From Auanema rhodensis (taxonomy: Eukaryota > Animalia > Nematoda): a stretch of DNA of 64,000 nt. The position numbers and the translations under genes were made by a program. The stretch lies in NCBI GenBank assembly GCA_964057225.1, contig OZ059896.1, positions 8,060,001 to 8,124,000 on the forward strand, given 5' to 3'. Below the pieces are notes generated by a model. The model was not told the origin of the DNA. It did no database searches and saw only the letters and a list, made by a program, of their open reading frames with translations. Of this stretch, positions 40,030 to 54,000 are shown one piece after another. The number at the start of each line of letters is the position of its first letter. Position 1 is the stretch's first letter.

Positions 40030-43000
40030 ATGCACACGGCCGACAGGTAAGCTTCTCTTTTCTTTCTTAAATTCAGTTTTTGTTACCTTTAAACTGTTAT
40101 TTAGAACTTTCTTTATATTCTCTTGTTAATTTTTAAATTCAATGTTAGAAACATTTTTATATAAATGTGGGGAATCATGTCCTTATGCACTTCAACGGCT
40201 GTGTATTATCTATTACAGATGTGAAGAATATTTGAAACTTGATCTTCCTATTAGTGGCCCTGATGAAGCTAGTCATCAATGCCGAGAACCATACGAGGCT
40301 GCTCAGTTGAAACATCTAGCTTGTATCAAGCTTTTTACAAATAATGAACTGTTACGTAAAGATATGAACGGAGAAACATGCCTACATCATGCTGCCAGGG
40401 CGAGAGCGCACGACATTGCTCAGTAAGTTAAAATTTGTTCATTTCCATAGCTTTCATTGTGATTTCTGAATCCTTATGCAAAGAAATCAGTTTCACGAAA
40501 AATTATCGTTTCCGAAAAAACGACTAAACATATACTATTCTCGCTTTTGAGTCGAAAAACCTGTTTCTTCTTCTGTGGAATCCTAATCCACCAAGCTCCA
40601 AGTTGCCATAATGGCCTTTGGTCAGAAGTTGAACTAAAGCATTTAGCTAATAATTTAATCGGCTTAGTAGTCTTCTATATTTCAAAATATAGGCAAACAA
40701 AGTTATGAAGGACAGGCTGCAGCTTTTCCTGATTGTTTGGCGAAAAAACATGTTTGTGTGGATAGAGAGTGACTAGCGCATCAGCTCTCTTGCTCCTCAC
40801 TCAGGTGTGTCGTCTTCATCAGGGCTCGTCAAGCAAATCCGTGAGCGGTGAATGAAAAATAATAAAAACATTAATTATTTAGTTAACATATTCATTTTGA
40901 ATAAGTTTAATAATGCTACAACTTCGAAGAAAAGTGTGTAAATTGAAAGATAATTTTTAAGGAGAGATTGTAGTTGAGAGAAATATTGAGAAAATATCCG
41001 AACATTACTTATGCATTTATTCACCTCTTCGTTCTTTGATGGATTATAGATTTTTTGAATATTATTTTCACATTTATCATATGAAAACGTTTTTTGTGTA
41101 CATTTAACAAAGTTCGTTTTGAATAGTATTAACTAAACCTGTATTTTTATTTTATTCTTTACAAGGTTACAGAAACTATTTAAAATATGAAAAGAATATT
41201 CATACATATCCACTTTCTCTTTCAACTGTTTAGTTCTATCTGAAGAAGTATAACTGATGCCGATTGATTTCTTATTTAAACTTGTCATAAGATGATTTAT
41301 CTAATATTGAAATTCTAATCAAATAAATGAGAATAACTGGAACATTCAACTGGTGCTGGGTAGACCCATTGCTGATATTTGCTAGTATACAGATAATCTC
41401 GTTGATAAGTGTTGTTCACTTGTTCCACGTAAGCAAAGTGTCTGGAATACGAGTGGAAACTATGAGAGGACTACCGGGGTGACAGCAAGTTTGTGAGCTA
41501 GACGGAAGCGTGTATTAGTTGTGCATGTATACGTATGTGTCATCCTTTTTTTGTCGTTTTCTTTGAACATTCCTCATCCCTCTCTCTCTCGTTCGCTTCA
41601 AATCTCCAGAGCTCTCACCTTTTCTTCAACGGAGGTGCTCAGATCTCTATGATGGCGGGAGGAGAGTGAGTGCTGTGTGAGGTGTATGCGCGTGTGTGTA
41701 TGTGTACGTCAGTCTGTTGAGGCCTGCTCGCACTCTTGTGTGCAAACACGGCATTGTGATGTAGAAAATTCATTGTAAAGTTAACATCTGATACAAAATA
41801 CAAAAGGAACACAACACTTTGAAATGTTTTCTTTAAATTTATGGATACTAGTTGTGAATGTTATTATTAGAAAGTTTATATTTATTAAATGTAGGAAAAT
41901 ATGAAATGCTAGTTGATGTATATTATATGCCTTATATATACCATTATTTACCTAATCTTTATTAGGCAAGGTGCGGCTTATATTGACATCTGTCTGCTTA
42001 AATCTGACATGCTAACTGTAAAATACTTTGGGATTTTCTGAGATTCGTATCCAACATCTAAGTGAAAAATCACAGCTTAAAAGACTAGACCACCCTAACA
42101 GCTTTTAAGAATAAATGCCTGAGAAGCAGCTTCAGCTGAAAGAGCAAGCATACTTGTCTATTAAATTCCTTCCGTTATTTTGAGAGATATTTCATGTAAG
42201 CTTGTTCTTGAACATATGGCACCGGCTCTTGTTAAACTTTTTGGTAAATCTGTTTCATTCCCAGCCGAGTCCTCCATCTTCATTTTTTGACAGAAAGCTG
42301 TCACTTCGAAGAGTGTGGCATTGCGTATCGGAGGTCAAGCCCTCAAGGCATTTGTCAGCCTTGGCAGCGAAATCCATTAACTTTATTTTAAGATTGCTTG
42401 CATCTATAGCTAGGCACTTTATTCTGAATTGAATTGAGGGACCGGCCTGATGTGATATAAAAGAAAATATTGATGTATTTGATGACGGTGTGAAGACGAA
42501 GGAGCTTAAAATGGTCCAGTTTAATGACGGCAGGACAAACGAACTTAAAAGAGATGATCGTCTCCAATTTCACAGCGTCATTCATACAACATAACATTCC
42601 GAGAAGTAGGAACAGTTATAGACATCATGATTCGTAGATGTCGTTCAAAACGTTTTGGACAACATCTTTTCTTCATATCCAGATTTCCGGCTCTTACTTC
42701 ATATCTTTCTCATTTTTTAAAAATTTCTATTCTCTCGTTTATTCTTTTTAAATTTTGAAATAAAAAACAAAACAAGATTGGAGCGATATATCCAGCAAAA
42801 ATTTTTCTTCACTAATTTCAATTGCACCTCCATCCTGTCTCTTAACGTGAGAAGTGAAAGCGATTACCTTTTTTTGCTTAAAAAAAGTTTGCTTGACAGA
42901 ATAGAAAAGAAATCAAGACTCTTTGAAAGCTTGACAATTCCTGGACGAAAGCTCGTATGCCTTGCGATGAACCTGGGTTTATTTGATTCGAAATAGGTAA

Positions 43001-46000
43001 ATACGGAAGAGTCATTTCACGTGATGATGGGGCGAGTTATTCCGCATGGAATTTTCCTAGTGTGTGAGATTCAGTATTTATTAGACTTTGTGAGACAACA
43101 CACTTGACGATTTGGACAAACGAAACACGAAATCTTGTTTGTATGTAATGAGTTTGAGGATGAAATGGAGATGAAGCAAACACATACTATAAAAAGGATT
43201 ATTATTCGTATTTGTAGAAATTGTACTTTTTCAGATTTTTGCTGGAGAAAGTACCGGCTTTAAAAGAAATTCCTTCGCAAAATATCGAAATTCCATGCTT
43301 AATCTCAGCAGCTAATGGCGATCTTAAAATGCTTGAGTTGCTTCTCGCTGGTCCAATGAGACTAGCATTACAGTCAGCTCTACATAGGTACGAGCCTATT
43401 GAAACTTGTATTACTGAAATGTTTCAGAGATTGTAATGGTACATCTGTTCTGATGGCTGCGGTTGCTAGAGGTGATAACACTATGAGCATGTGGTTATTG
43501 AAGAAATTTGGAAGACCTTTAGCTGTTCTTACGAATTATTCCAATATGCTTCCTCTTCATGTTGCAGCAGCACAAGGTATGAATTATAAGAAAAACAAGT
43601 AAAAATCAAACAATTAAGGAAACATTGATTTTATGAAAGCTGTTGTGAAGTACGATAGTCATCTGGTTAATACACGAGATGAATTTGGTAATAACCATTT
43701 TCAGTTCATTTATAATTTTTTGAAACTTTAAAGGATGTACACCTTGTGTTTATGCTGTTCAAGCTGGTTGTCTCACAAGTGTTCGCTTTTTAGTAGAAGG
43801 TGCTAGAAGTGAAATGGGATCAGTTAGTAACCGAGGCTAGTTTTCTTTGTTGTTATTTTTATAAATAAAAGTATACTCAAACACGAAATATTTATCAATT
43901 ATTGGTAAATAGATAGATACCCAGTAAAAGCTAGATATCAAATGATTTCTGAGAAAAAGCTGAATGAACGTTTTTCATATCAAAAATATGTTTTGAAATA
44001 ATTTTTTTTGTGTTTTTATTTCTCCCTTTTTGAGTTCAATTCTATGATATACATATACATACATATATGAACGTATAATATTCCATTCATTCATTTACTT
44101 CTGAAACATCAGAAAATCAATCAAAATTTTTTTATAAACGATTCAACAGCTTTTACAAAGAAAAGATTATTTCATAGGGTCATGATATTAATATTTCTCT
44201 CATCCACATTTATTTAAAACATTTCATTATATATACATACATGGATTCATTATTGAGAACTTTTCAATAATTTTTTGAATTGTGTAAATGCTAAAGACAA
44301 ACTATAACAAATATTACAAACAGTTAAGATTTATATATGTATATATAACTTTGAATCCTTCTTTTTTTCTGTTTTTCTTTCAAAAAACATTCATACCAAG
44401 TATTATATTATTGATTAGATATGAATGTTTAAAGTAGAACCACTCAAACTAAACTTCAATCCTAAAATAACAAAATAATTGTTAAATACGAAAATTTGAA
44501 ACAATAGATTTAGTTTAAATATACTGTGATATCTTTTTCGAATATTTATCCCTGTATTATATATATCTGTTAAATTTTTTGTGAGTACATCTGTTAGAAA
44601 AATATTGAGCGTAAAAAATGCAAAGCAACCTTTAAAATTCAATGAGGCAGTGGAACTACCCATCCACGACGGCATATACGCGAATTTATCATGATGGTCT
44701 CTCAGAGGTTTTTTACAAAAATTTAAAATTATAAAGAAAAAAAATACATGTATATTTATATATTATATACTATAACGTAATAATTAAGAAACATTACAAA
44801 TCAATCATTTGATTAAACTTAAATTACTACTGTAATAAAACTAATTTCAATCAAACAAAACAAGTCATTTAATTGGCTTTAACTTATGTACTCTTGTATA
44901 TACATGTACATTCATCCATAAATCATCCTCAAAGTGACTAATTAATGATTTGTTCTAGATATTTTCTGTTTATCATTATTATAATAAATATTAAAAAAAA
45001 ATATATTTTATAATAGTTTTTTCATATCCCAAGGTATTATCAACACCTTTCAATTCACTTGCAAGATGTCTTTTCTTTTAAATAATCAAATAGAATTTAA
45101 AATATTAATTGATTTAATAGATAATCTATAAAATTAGCAGTTTAGGTCAATCACTTCTACATATTGCATGTTTATGTGGACATGAACACGTTGCTAAATG
45201 GATTCTGAATCGCATGGGCGCAGAAGCAATCCTCTGGAATACAAATGATCAAGCTAATGCTCTTCATTGTGCAGCTTGTAAGTTACACTTCGTTTTATTA
45301 ATTACATGATTTCTAATTTACTTCAGTCTGTGGTTCAACTCCTGTTCTTCAACTTCTTCTAGCTGCATTTAGTTCTCGTAAACGTAGTCAGGTTTTATCT
45401 CTTAGAGACGGACGAGGAAATTCTCCGCTTCATCTTGCTGCTATTAACAATCATATAGATGCTGCACAAATTATGGTTAGTTGATTTAGTTAGACCAACG
45501 TCAAAATCCGATTTTTGAACATTATATTTGAGAATGTATTGTGAACGTTTTGAGCACGTTCGTACGTCACAAAGTATCTAATTTATATCTTTTGTCTCTT
45601 AATATATGAAATATTAAGGCTAGAGAAAAGAAGAAGAAGAAAATGAAGAAACATAATTATTTTAAATTTAATTTTCAAATTATTGAAATGAAAGGCTATG
45701 TGGGACAGATACATAGATTTTGAACTATATTTCAAAAAAAATTGATTTCATTCTATCTGAAGAGTTCTTTGTCTATTTTATCATTCTATCAAAGAAACTT
45801 TAGTTCATTCTATTTCAGCTTAACAATGGTGCAGATGCAAATTTAGTGAATGCTGCTGGTCATTCAGCTTTTGGAATAGCTTCGTTACGTAGTCATAGAG
45901 AAATGATACAAATGCTAAGTCAATATAGCTCGCAGCAACAAGGTAGTTTTTCAAAAATTAATTTCTTAAGAGAAAAAGCAAGTTAAAGTTTAAATGACGA

Positions 46001-48040
46001 TTGTTAATTACTTATACAGTTTTGAAAATGACTGTGTGATTAAGGGATGATGCGGGATGGGATTCCTTATAAATAGATGTAGTCTGGTAATGCAACCAAC
46101 GTTCACCTTACTTATTAATATGCTTATAAACGAGGCATGAAAATGTATATTATACGAATGAATAATATAGCTAAAGAGCTAATTATCAATTTGTGTTAGC
46201 ATTTTTATAGTAAGATCATGTTTAAATAGACATGATTGAATAAAACATTTTGGAAAGATAACAAGAAAATTAATGAGAATGAGGGGAATAAGTGCTGAAT
46301 GATCACTAGGATGAAGCTTTATATTTTGAAAAAGACCAATTTTGGTATAAAAGTTTGGATGCTGTTCAGCTAAAACATAATAGTCTAATATAGACATACA
46401 TTTCACGTTAACATTACGAACTCGTGTTCAAATTTCAATACTGCAATATGACAGCTGTGAATTGGTTAAAAAGAGAGAGGTGGGAGGAGAAATGATCTCA
46501 TGTGAATTGTTTTATTATGTATTATCTTCAGTATTTATGTCAGAGAAATACTCATACTAGTCTACTAAAGTATATTATTTTACTTAGTGAAGTGACATCT
46601 GACATTAAAGCTTGTAATATGTACAAAACAAGTTGTAACTTTTGAATTGAATAGCATTTTTTGATGTTAATATTAAGTATTTGGATATTTATTTATTTCA
46701 TCAAAGCATTTAAGAATAAAAAATGATAATGACAAAGATTTGTTTAAACCCAAAAAAAAATTATTTTGGATATTTGTTTGAGATCCAGAGCTCATTTCAT
46801 AAAATAACTAAGATCATCTGTTAAACATTTGGAAATATGTTTAGAGTAATTTCTTACGTTTTCAGGCAAAAAATCGAAGAAAGTTCAATCTACATCACCA
46901 GGTCGTGATATAACGTTAGACGTGAAGTCACAAACCAAAAAAATTTCACAAGAAAGTCCTGCATCCGGTTACTCTTCAATGCCATCAGGAGATCATTTTC
47001 AACGATCAAATCTTTCACCTCATGCATTAAGCTCTGGCTATTCATCTGCTGGGGAGATGTACCCAGAATCAATGTATTTTTTTTTTTTTGATTTTGTTTT
47101 TATAATATTAATTTGAAGGCATATAGTATTTTTTTTAATTCGATCTCCTATTTTCAGGGGAAGTGGGCCTGGAGTTATAGTTGAACGTCATCGTATGAGA
47201 TTTATTGAAGATGATTCTGACTGTTTAAAAGACTGTGGAGCTCAAACAGAAGCTGATTTGCTCCAGGATCACGTAAAGGTTTCCTTTTTTTCTTCTCTTT
47301 TTTTCCTTTTTTTTTCTGAACTTTCATAATGCTTTGCTATCTGCAGTACAATCTCTTCTTCTTTTTTTTTCAAAAGTATACTTTTTATATGTTCGATATA
47401 TAAAAAGTCTTCAAAAGAAAGAACGAAATTTTCAAAACTTTGTAATCTTTAAATGGGAAGTAATGGGAAACTCAAAAATGGTTGGATGTGAAAAAAATTT
47501 TTGCTTACTAAACTACGATCTAAGCACTTAAGTCCTTTGGAACTCTAAATGACAAAAAAAGTAGTATTGTTGTTAAACCTTCCTTATACCTTGTATATAA
47601 TTTTGAAACGAATTCAAAGAAATGGGCAGTGTCGAGAAGAAGAAGAATTAAAAAGAGCTGACAAACTCGTTTCAATGAAAATCTTACAAGCTTTATTATT
47701 GTACTTTTTATGTACTCTTCTTTTGCCTGATTCACTTCCATATTTTTAAACCTTCTAGCTTTTATTCGCTTTGCTCAAACTTTGAAAGGTTTTGGATAAA
47801 AACAGAACTATAATACTATGCTTAGTTTCTTTCGCGATGACTTTATTATTTCAACTAAACTGACATCTTTTTCAGATTTTAGATGATGCTGCTTGGGCAG
47901 GGCTTGGCTTGTCAGCTGTAGAACACATTGATCGTGTTCTTGATGAGGTTACCATATCAGAACTGAGCCCAATCTCTTCAGAAATTGGTTATACTTCAAA
48001 GAATGCTACAAAGCCAAATACCAGATCAATTGCTGTCTAG
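40030..48040 (+). CDS. Ankyrin-repeat protein, espin/forked-like repeats, with several long introns
   Basis: About 8-9 ankyrin repeats over exons at 40219, 43235, 43428, 43619, 43734, 45146, 45327 and 45819 (e.g. NMLPLHVAAAQGNIDFMK, GCTPCVYAVQAGCLTSVRFLV, GNSPLHLAAINNH). Ser-rich exons at 46866 and 47158; last exon ILDDAAW...RSIAV*. The start MHTADR is inferred from splice phase. Confidence 0.8.
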
Positions 48041-51000
48041 TTCAATGAGCCGAAATATCTTCATAACTACTTCGAATATTTGAATAATATTGATGAAATC
48101 AGTTAAAATATTTGAAGCAAATTAAAAACAAAATTTGAAATTCTGGTTAACAAACTGTAATTCTATATCTTTATCTTTCCTTTTCGTCTTCTTTTAAATA
48201 TATTTAATTAATGTTTTTGTGGATTTAATATACATATGTGATTTTAATTATCGTTTTGTCGTTAATTTTAGTTTCGATCTCTTTTCCATTTTTATTTGTG
48301 ACTTGAGATGTTCGATTCACTGCTCAAAACATGGCCTTCCACCTGTGAAATTTTTATTTTTCAATGAATAGAATAAAAGTCAAATACAAGAGATGATCAA
48401 TATGCTTTATTTCTTCAAAGATAATTTTTTTAAGAATCGTAGTTGATAATGTGAGAAGATTTAAATTATAGATTTTTTAGAAAAAAAAATGACTGAAAAA
48501 TGACTTTATCTTACATAATCTGTGTTTATATAAGGTAGTCCCTTAGGATTTCAAAGATTTAAGATTCATTGAATATTAAAAACGGAAATATATCCATATT
48601 TTCTCATATTTAATTTTTTTTCCGTATATTTTGAAAACATATGTCTTATAATAGTATGAAAACTATTTTGAAAATTACTAAAAGGTAATTCATATACATG
48701 TAGAATATGATAAAACGTATATATGAATCTATATCTATATACATATGTAGATACATATACAACAAATCTTTCTCATTTTCATCCAACACACAATTTTTTT
48801 TATTAAAATTCAAAAAAAAAAGTATATTCAAAGTTAGTTAGTTTTAAAAAATATAAAAAAACAAGTTTATTTTAAAAAAAAGTCAATGAAAATTAAATGT
48901 TTCAGTAAATACCACATTTGTTATGAATACAACAACTATCTAAACACAATTATTTTGATAAACTTTAGCCCTTTTTTAACAATTTTTTTCAATTTAATTC
49001 AATTTTTTTCTTTCCGCTTTTCCTTTGTTTTTTTTCTGCAAAACTATCTAAAAGTTTATTTACCTCGGTCGTTATTCCATTTCGTTTTTCAATCATACAA
49101 GATATTATTAACTTTTTTTTCATTAAAACAAAATAACTTAAAAAAGTTTTATTCAAACTTATAAAGACTAAAAAATCTAAAAAATAAAATAAAAAACAAG
49201 ACATTCTTACATTAAAAACATTTTTTATTATAGTACTTTATAGATTATTTTAAATAAACTATATATTATTTGATTATTATTATTATTATTCATCATTCAT
49301 ATTTTTCAGTTATAAATGCATATACATACATAGATGTATGTGAATTGAATAATAATAAAAAGAAAAAAAACCAATGATTCAATCAGAAAAAAAAATGTTT
49401 TTTTCTACTGTTAATTTGACTAAATTTTTGTAGATGACTCTCTTTTTTTCCCTTTTATTACTTCTATCGTTAGTTACAGAATATTGCTCTCATATATGAT
49501 GTTCATACATATATATACATACATGTACAAGTATATGTATGCATGGTAGAAAAGATGGAAATAGATATGACAACAGATAATAGTAATGACAGTTTAATAT
49601 AAAGAAATTTGAACAATAATCTATATTTTATATATTATATATTTGAAAAGTTTATTATTACATGTAATAAATGAACAAGAATAAAAGAGAAGAGTGAAGA
49701 GAATAATAAAAAGAAAGAGCCTATGTGATGATAGTTATGATGCAATATATTTCTGAAAATTTTAAATGCTGAACGAATTTCTAATTAGATGAGACTACTA
49801 CGGGTAGTAATCTCATGCTGGTAGCGCAACTTCATTCCAGATACACGTGAATATTCTGTAATTCATTTATTCTGAGGAATTTTAAAGAAGATTCAATTTT
49901 GTTCAGCTTTTCTTATTTAAATACTTCTTTTTTATTATTCTAAAACGACATTTGAACTTGACTGAAGTATAAAAAACATTATGTTATAGGTAGGAGAAAT
50001 AACAATTATTCTGGGCAATATCTCAAATTTCTCATATATGAAAGAAAGTCAAAGGGTCAACAGACAGGATATCAAACTGACATTTAAGAACATTTGTTTG
50101 TTACTTAAGTATTAAGCAAGTATATACGTCATTCACATAACTATTACCATGCTATTCAGTTCCTGATTGATTCCTAAAACAGATAGGTTTCCGGTTCTTG
50201 AGCGACTACTTAATTCACTTGAATTTTAGGATCATAAGAACACTGGAAAAGCCCAAAAAAATCTAATTCAGTGAAAAGGAGAGGGGGAGGGCAAAGACAG
50301 CTAGAGATAAACCGCTTTATAGATGGAGATGGAGCATGGTGTTGGTGTTGATGAAACAGGCTCCGCCCCTCTTCCTATGACTACTTTGGTCTCTCATTTT
50401 GTTCCGTCCTACCTCTTTCTATTCCTTCTTTTTTCCCCTTTCTCCCTCGTTTTCTCCTCATCATCCGTTAGAATTTTCTCTCGCTCTTTCTATCTTATCT
50501 TCTTTCTTACCTCGTTTCGTGTGCCTTTGTAGCTGCTCCTCCCCTTTTCTTCCAGTGTCTTTATCTTTTCCTCTTTACCCTATAAGCGTCTTCAAGAACA
50601 AAAATATTAAGAATATTAAGACTTGAAGTCGTTCAACTTGAATTTATTTGGCTTTGTTTGGTGAACTCATACGTTGATCATGGATTCCTTTTTACCTGCC
50701 TTACTTTCTTCGTTATTGTTGTCAGGTTGTTTCCATTTTCTTCCATCTCTTTTTGGTAAAACTTGAACATTAGATAATTGATTGTGTACGTTAAGCTTCG
50801 TTTTCAACCTAATCATCGAAGCAGACTTAACTCATCCACTTGAAACTTTACTATCAATCTATCCACTTCATTCGTTTTCTTCCCCTTTAATACAAAAGTT
50901 TGGGTACACACAAACATGTTAATCTAAAGAAGTTGATTCTTGTTGTTCTTGAAATCCGCTATCCCAATTCGTTGAACACGAATATTCCGCTTTATGACTT

Positions 51001-54000
51001 CTAAATATAAAAGGTTGCACTCTATTTTAGATTCATACATATATCCTGAGTCTATATGCTATGGTTTCGGGCGAATAACCCGTTGAAGTTATATATATAT
51101 AACAACCTAGTTAAGTAACTTTCAATCCGATTTATTTTAATACTTTGAAGAACGAAAGTTTTTTTTCCTTGACACTTGTTCATTTTACCTATCAGTACGG
51201 CATGAACAACTTCTTTGAAGTTCGATGCTGCATAAGATCGAAGAAGAGGAATTCAACTTCCTCGCAAATCTATACCTCAAAACCATGCTGTCTTCATAAT
51301 GATTTTTCACTAGTCTTCTCAAGACAATTATCTTTCTTTTTTTCTTTTTGTTCATATTTAAATTCTCCCACATTATTGAGATCACGTTCACTTTAATAAT
51401 CTTCAAATTTTAATTCCTGAATCTTCAACATTCATATATTCTACGTAATTTATAAAGTATTCTATATGTTTGTTATACATATGTCTGTTACTAGTTGGTC
51501 AGCTCAATCTTTTAAATCCAAAAATAACATATACTTTATCCTCATCATTATCATCATCATCATCATTATTATAATCTATTATACAATTCATTTTCATGTT
51601 TTTTAATATAAAAATGGCCACATGTTCATGAAATCCTTCTTGTTCAGCAGACATGTTTGTTAACTATTCTTTGTTGATACTCCACTTTCTTATGTCCTCT
51701 TTCTATTCGCTCAGTTATCTATACTCTTTTGTCTTACATCCATTCTGTCTTACCTTCGTTCATTTTAATATACTGAAGTTGGAGCTCTGACTTCTGTTTT
51801 GTTGAACTTATTTACAATGTCCTGTTTGTTGATACACAGCTTCCCTCATAATTCCTCCCCGTATAGCTTGAACTATAATGAAACAGGAACCGGTAGACTT
51901 ACATATGTAACTAATATTCAAATAATCTTTGTTTTTTTGCTAAGACCTATGAAAACAAGATTAGTAATGACTATATTGAAAGATCAAAGTTAATATAAGA
52001 ACATCGAAGAGGCGTTTTAGTATAATAATGATCTTAAGTTCATGAAGACCAAGAACAACCAAAATGTAGTATCACATCGTCTTACTCAGTAAAAGACCAA
52101 TAATAATCAATGTGCTTGCTTCAATTCATTTTTCTTTTCTCACTGTCATTTTAACAAAAAAATGCTGTTGTTAGTTGTCTTCTTCCTTCAATTTCAATTT
52201 GTATAATTATGTAAATGAATAGAAATAACGAGGCTTATTAAGCTCAGATTCACGTCGCTATTTTGCAGAAGCCTGACAACCATTGATGACGACAACATTT
52301 AAGTTCATGATTTTCTCCGTTTTTCTCTCATATCTATATATGTCACATTTGGCATCGTGTTCTTCATTTTCTGATCATGACGAGCAAAATTGTCGTTCTT
52401 TTCTGTTTTTTGTCTTTGAGTTTTGTTTATCGCTCACTCAATATCCAAAAATCGTCAGAACTGTTTCAAATTTATATTATTTATAGATTACAAAACGACA
52501 GACATTGCTTAGCCGAGGTATAACGTCGACGTTCCGTCGAACGCTGTATTCTTGAGAAGTCTAGCTGATATTCGCAGTGTGTCGTTTCAACTCACTCAAA
52601 ACGTGAGTGAAGAATAAAAAAACTCCGGGAAAGGTGTTGAAATTATTTTATTCGCCACTACAAATCTCTCTATACTATTCTATCCATAATCTAGAATCTC
52701 CAATATTCAATAAAACATCTAAGAAGCTGAAAAAAAGTATTTAAAACTGCAAAATATATTATTTATCGGATATAAATGGACTACTATCTGGTGGAACATG
52801 TCGTGTATCAGTATCTACTTCCAGCGGTCAGTTTTTTGATTAATTTCATTGCTCATATATCACGCAATATACGTACATGATATTTCCATTTTTTTCCTTG
52901 ATTTTTGAGATCTTTCTGTCGAAATATTATGCATGAAAGTTCTAACACAAAAAGCTCTTGAGATCATAAGTCTGTTGTTATCCTTGTGTTTATTTCTTTT
53001 TTTTTCTTTTGCGACCCATCGATTTACATTATTTTTTTTCGCATCTTTCTTACTCTTTTTCTTGTTTCTCATCCACATTCCAATGGAATATGAAATTTAT
53101 CTATGGAAACAACATATCGTACATTGAACATTTATTTTTCTCCTACAAAAATTTACGTTTATCAAACTAAATCTTCTACAATGTTGCTTCAAAGTTTCAA
53201 AAACAAAAAACAACTTCTCATTTAAATTCTCGTGATAAACGATGAACTCATTTTCAATAGTTTGGATAGCTTAAATCTCATAAGGCCATCTATCTTAGCA
53301 TGTCATCGTGATCAAAACTACGCCTTTGCTCTTAAATTCAGGCTATTATCTATAAAATTATTTCCGGAAATGAAAATTGCTCTGAATGCAATGAAGAACA
53401 AAAAGTATAAATCATGTCTAACTTGATGTGCTTGAAGCAGCACTGTAACAGATTGGCTCACATGAGATCCTAGCTCAATGTTTTTAATGAACAGAAGATG
53501 AATTTTATTTAAATAGAAATTTTACATTGTTAATGTTGAATTTGTTTATTATTTCCTATTTTAATGTGGTCATTAGGAAATTTTAGATATTTTGAATAGG
53601 GATAAACCAATGTTTTATAATTTAAATTGATAAATTCATCTTAGTTCTTCATGTTTCATGCACTTTCCTTATTTTTCTTTTTATTTTAAAATGGAGAGAA
53701 AACGGGAGAGATGGAATATTTTTAAATTTATATCATTGGAAAAGGATATAAATGACAATGGTACATTGAATGTATGTCATTAGAATGAAGAGAAAAGATA
53801 CAAGAATCTAATGACAGAGATGTTAGAGATGAGAGAATTATTCAAGCTTATCCATCTATTCTAACTCATTCACCTTTTTTGTGTTTTTTTTTCTTTTGAT
53901 CGAACCATTTTTTTTTCAAATGGCATGTAGTATTTAGCTTCATTAAGGATCAGATTTTTGATTTCTTAATTTTATTCTCCCCCCTATTTTTTCCTTACTT

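Noticed and set aside
42170-42620. GC-richer intronic block with KNEDGGLG on the minus strand, reminiscent of non-LTR retroelement GGLG motifs
   Set aside because: All frames are interrupted by stops and there are no RT core motifs; a single short motif is insufficient.
51377-53482. Several TGAGATC starts (bantam/miR-58 family seed) at ~51377, 52906, 52959 and 53463
   Set aside because: None has a complementary upstream arm forming a pre-miRNA.
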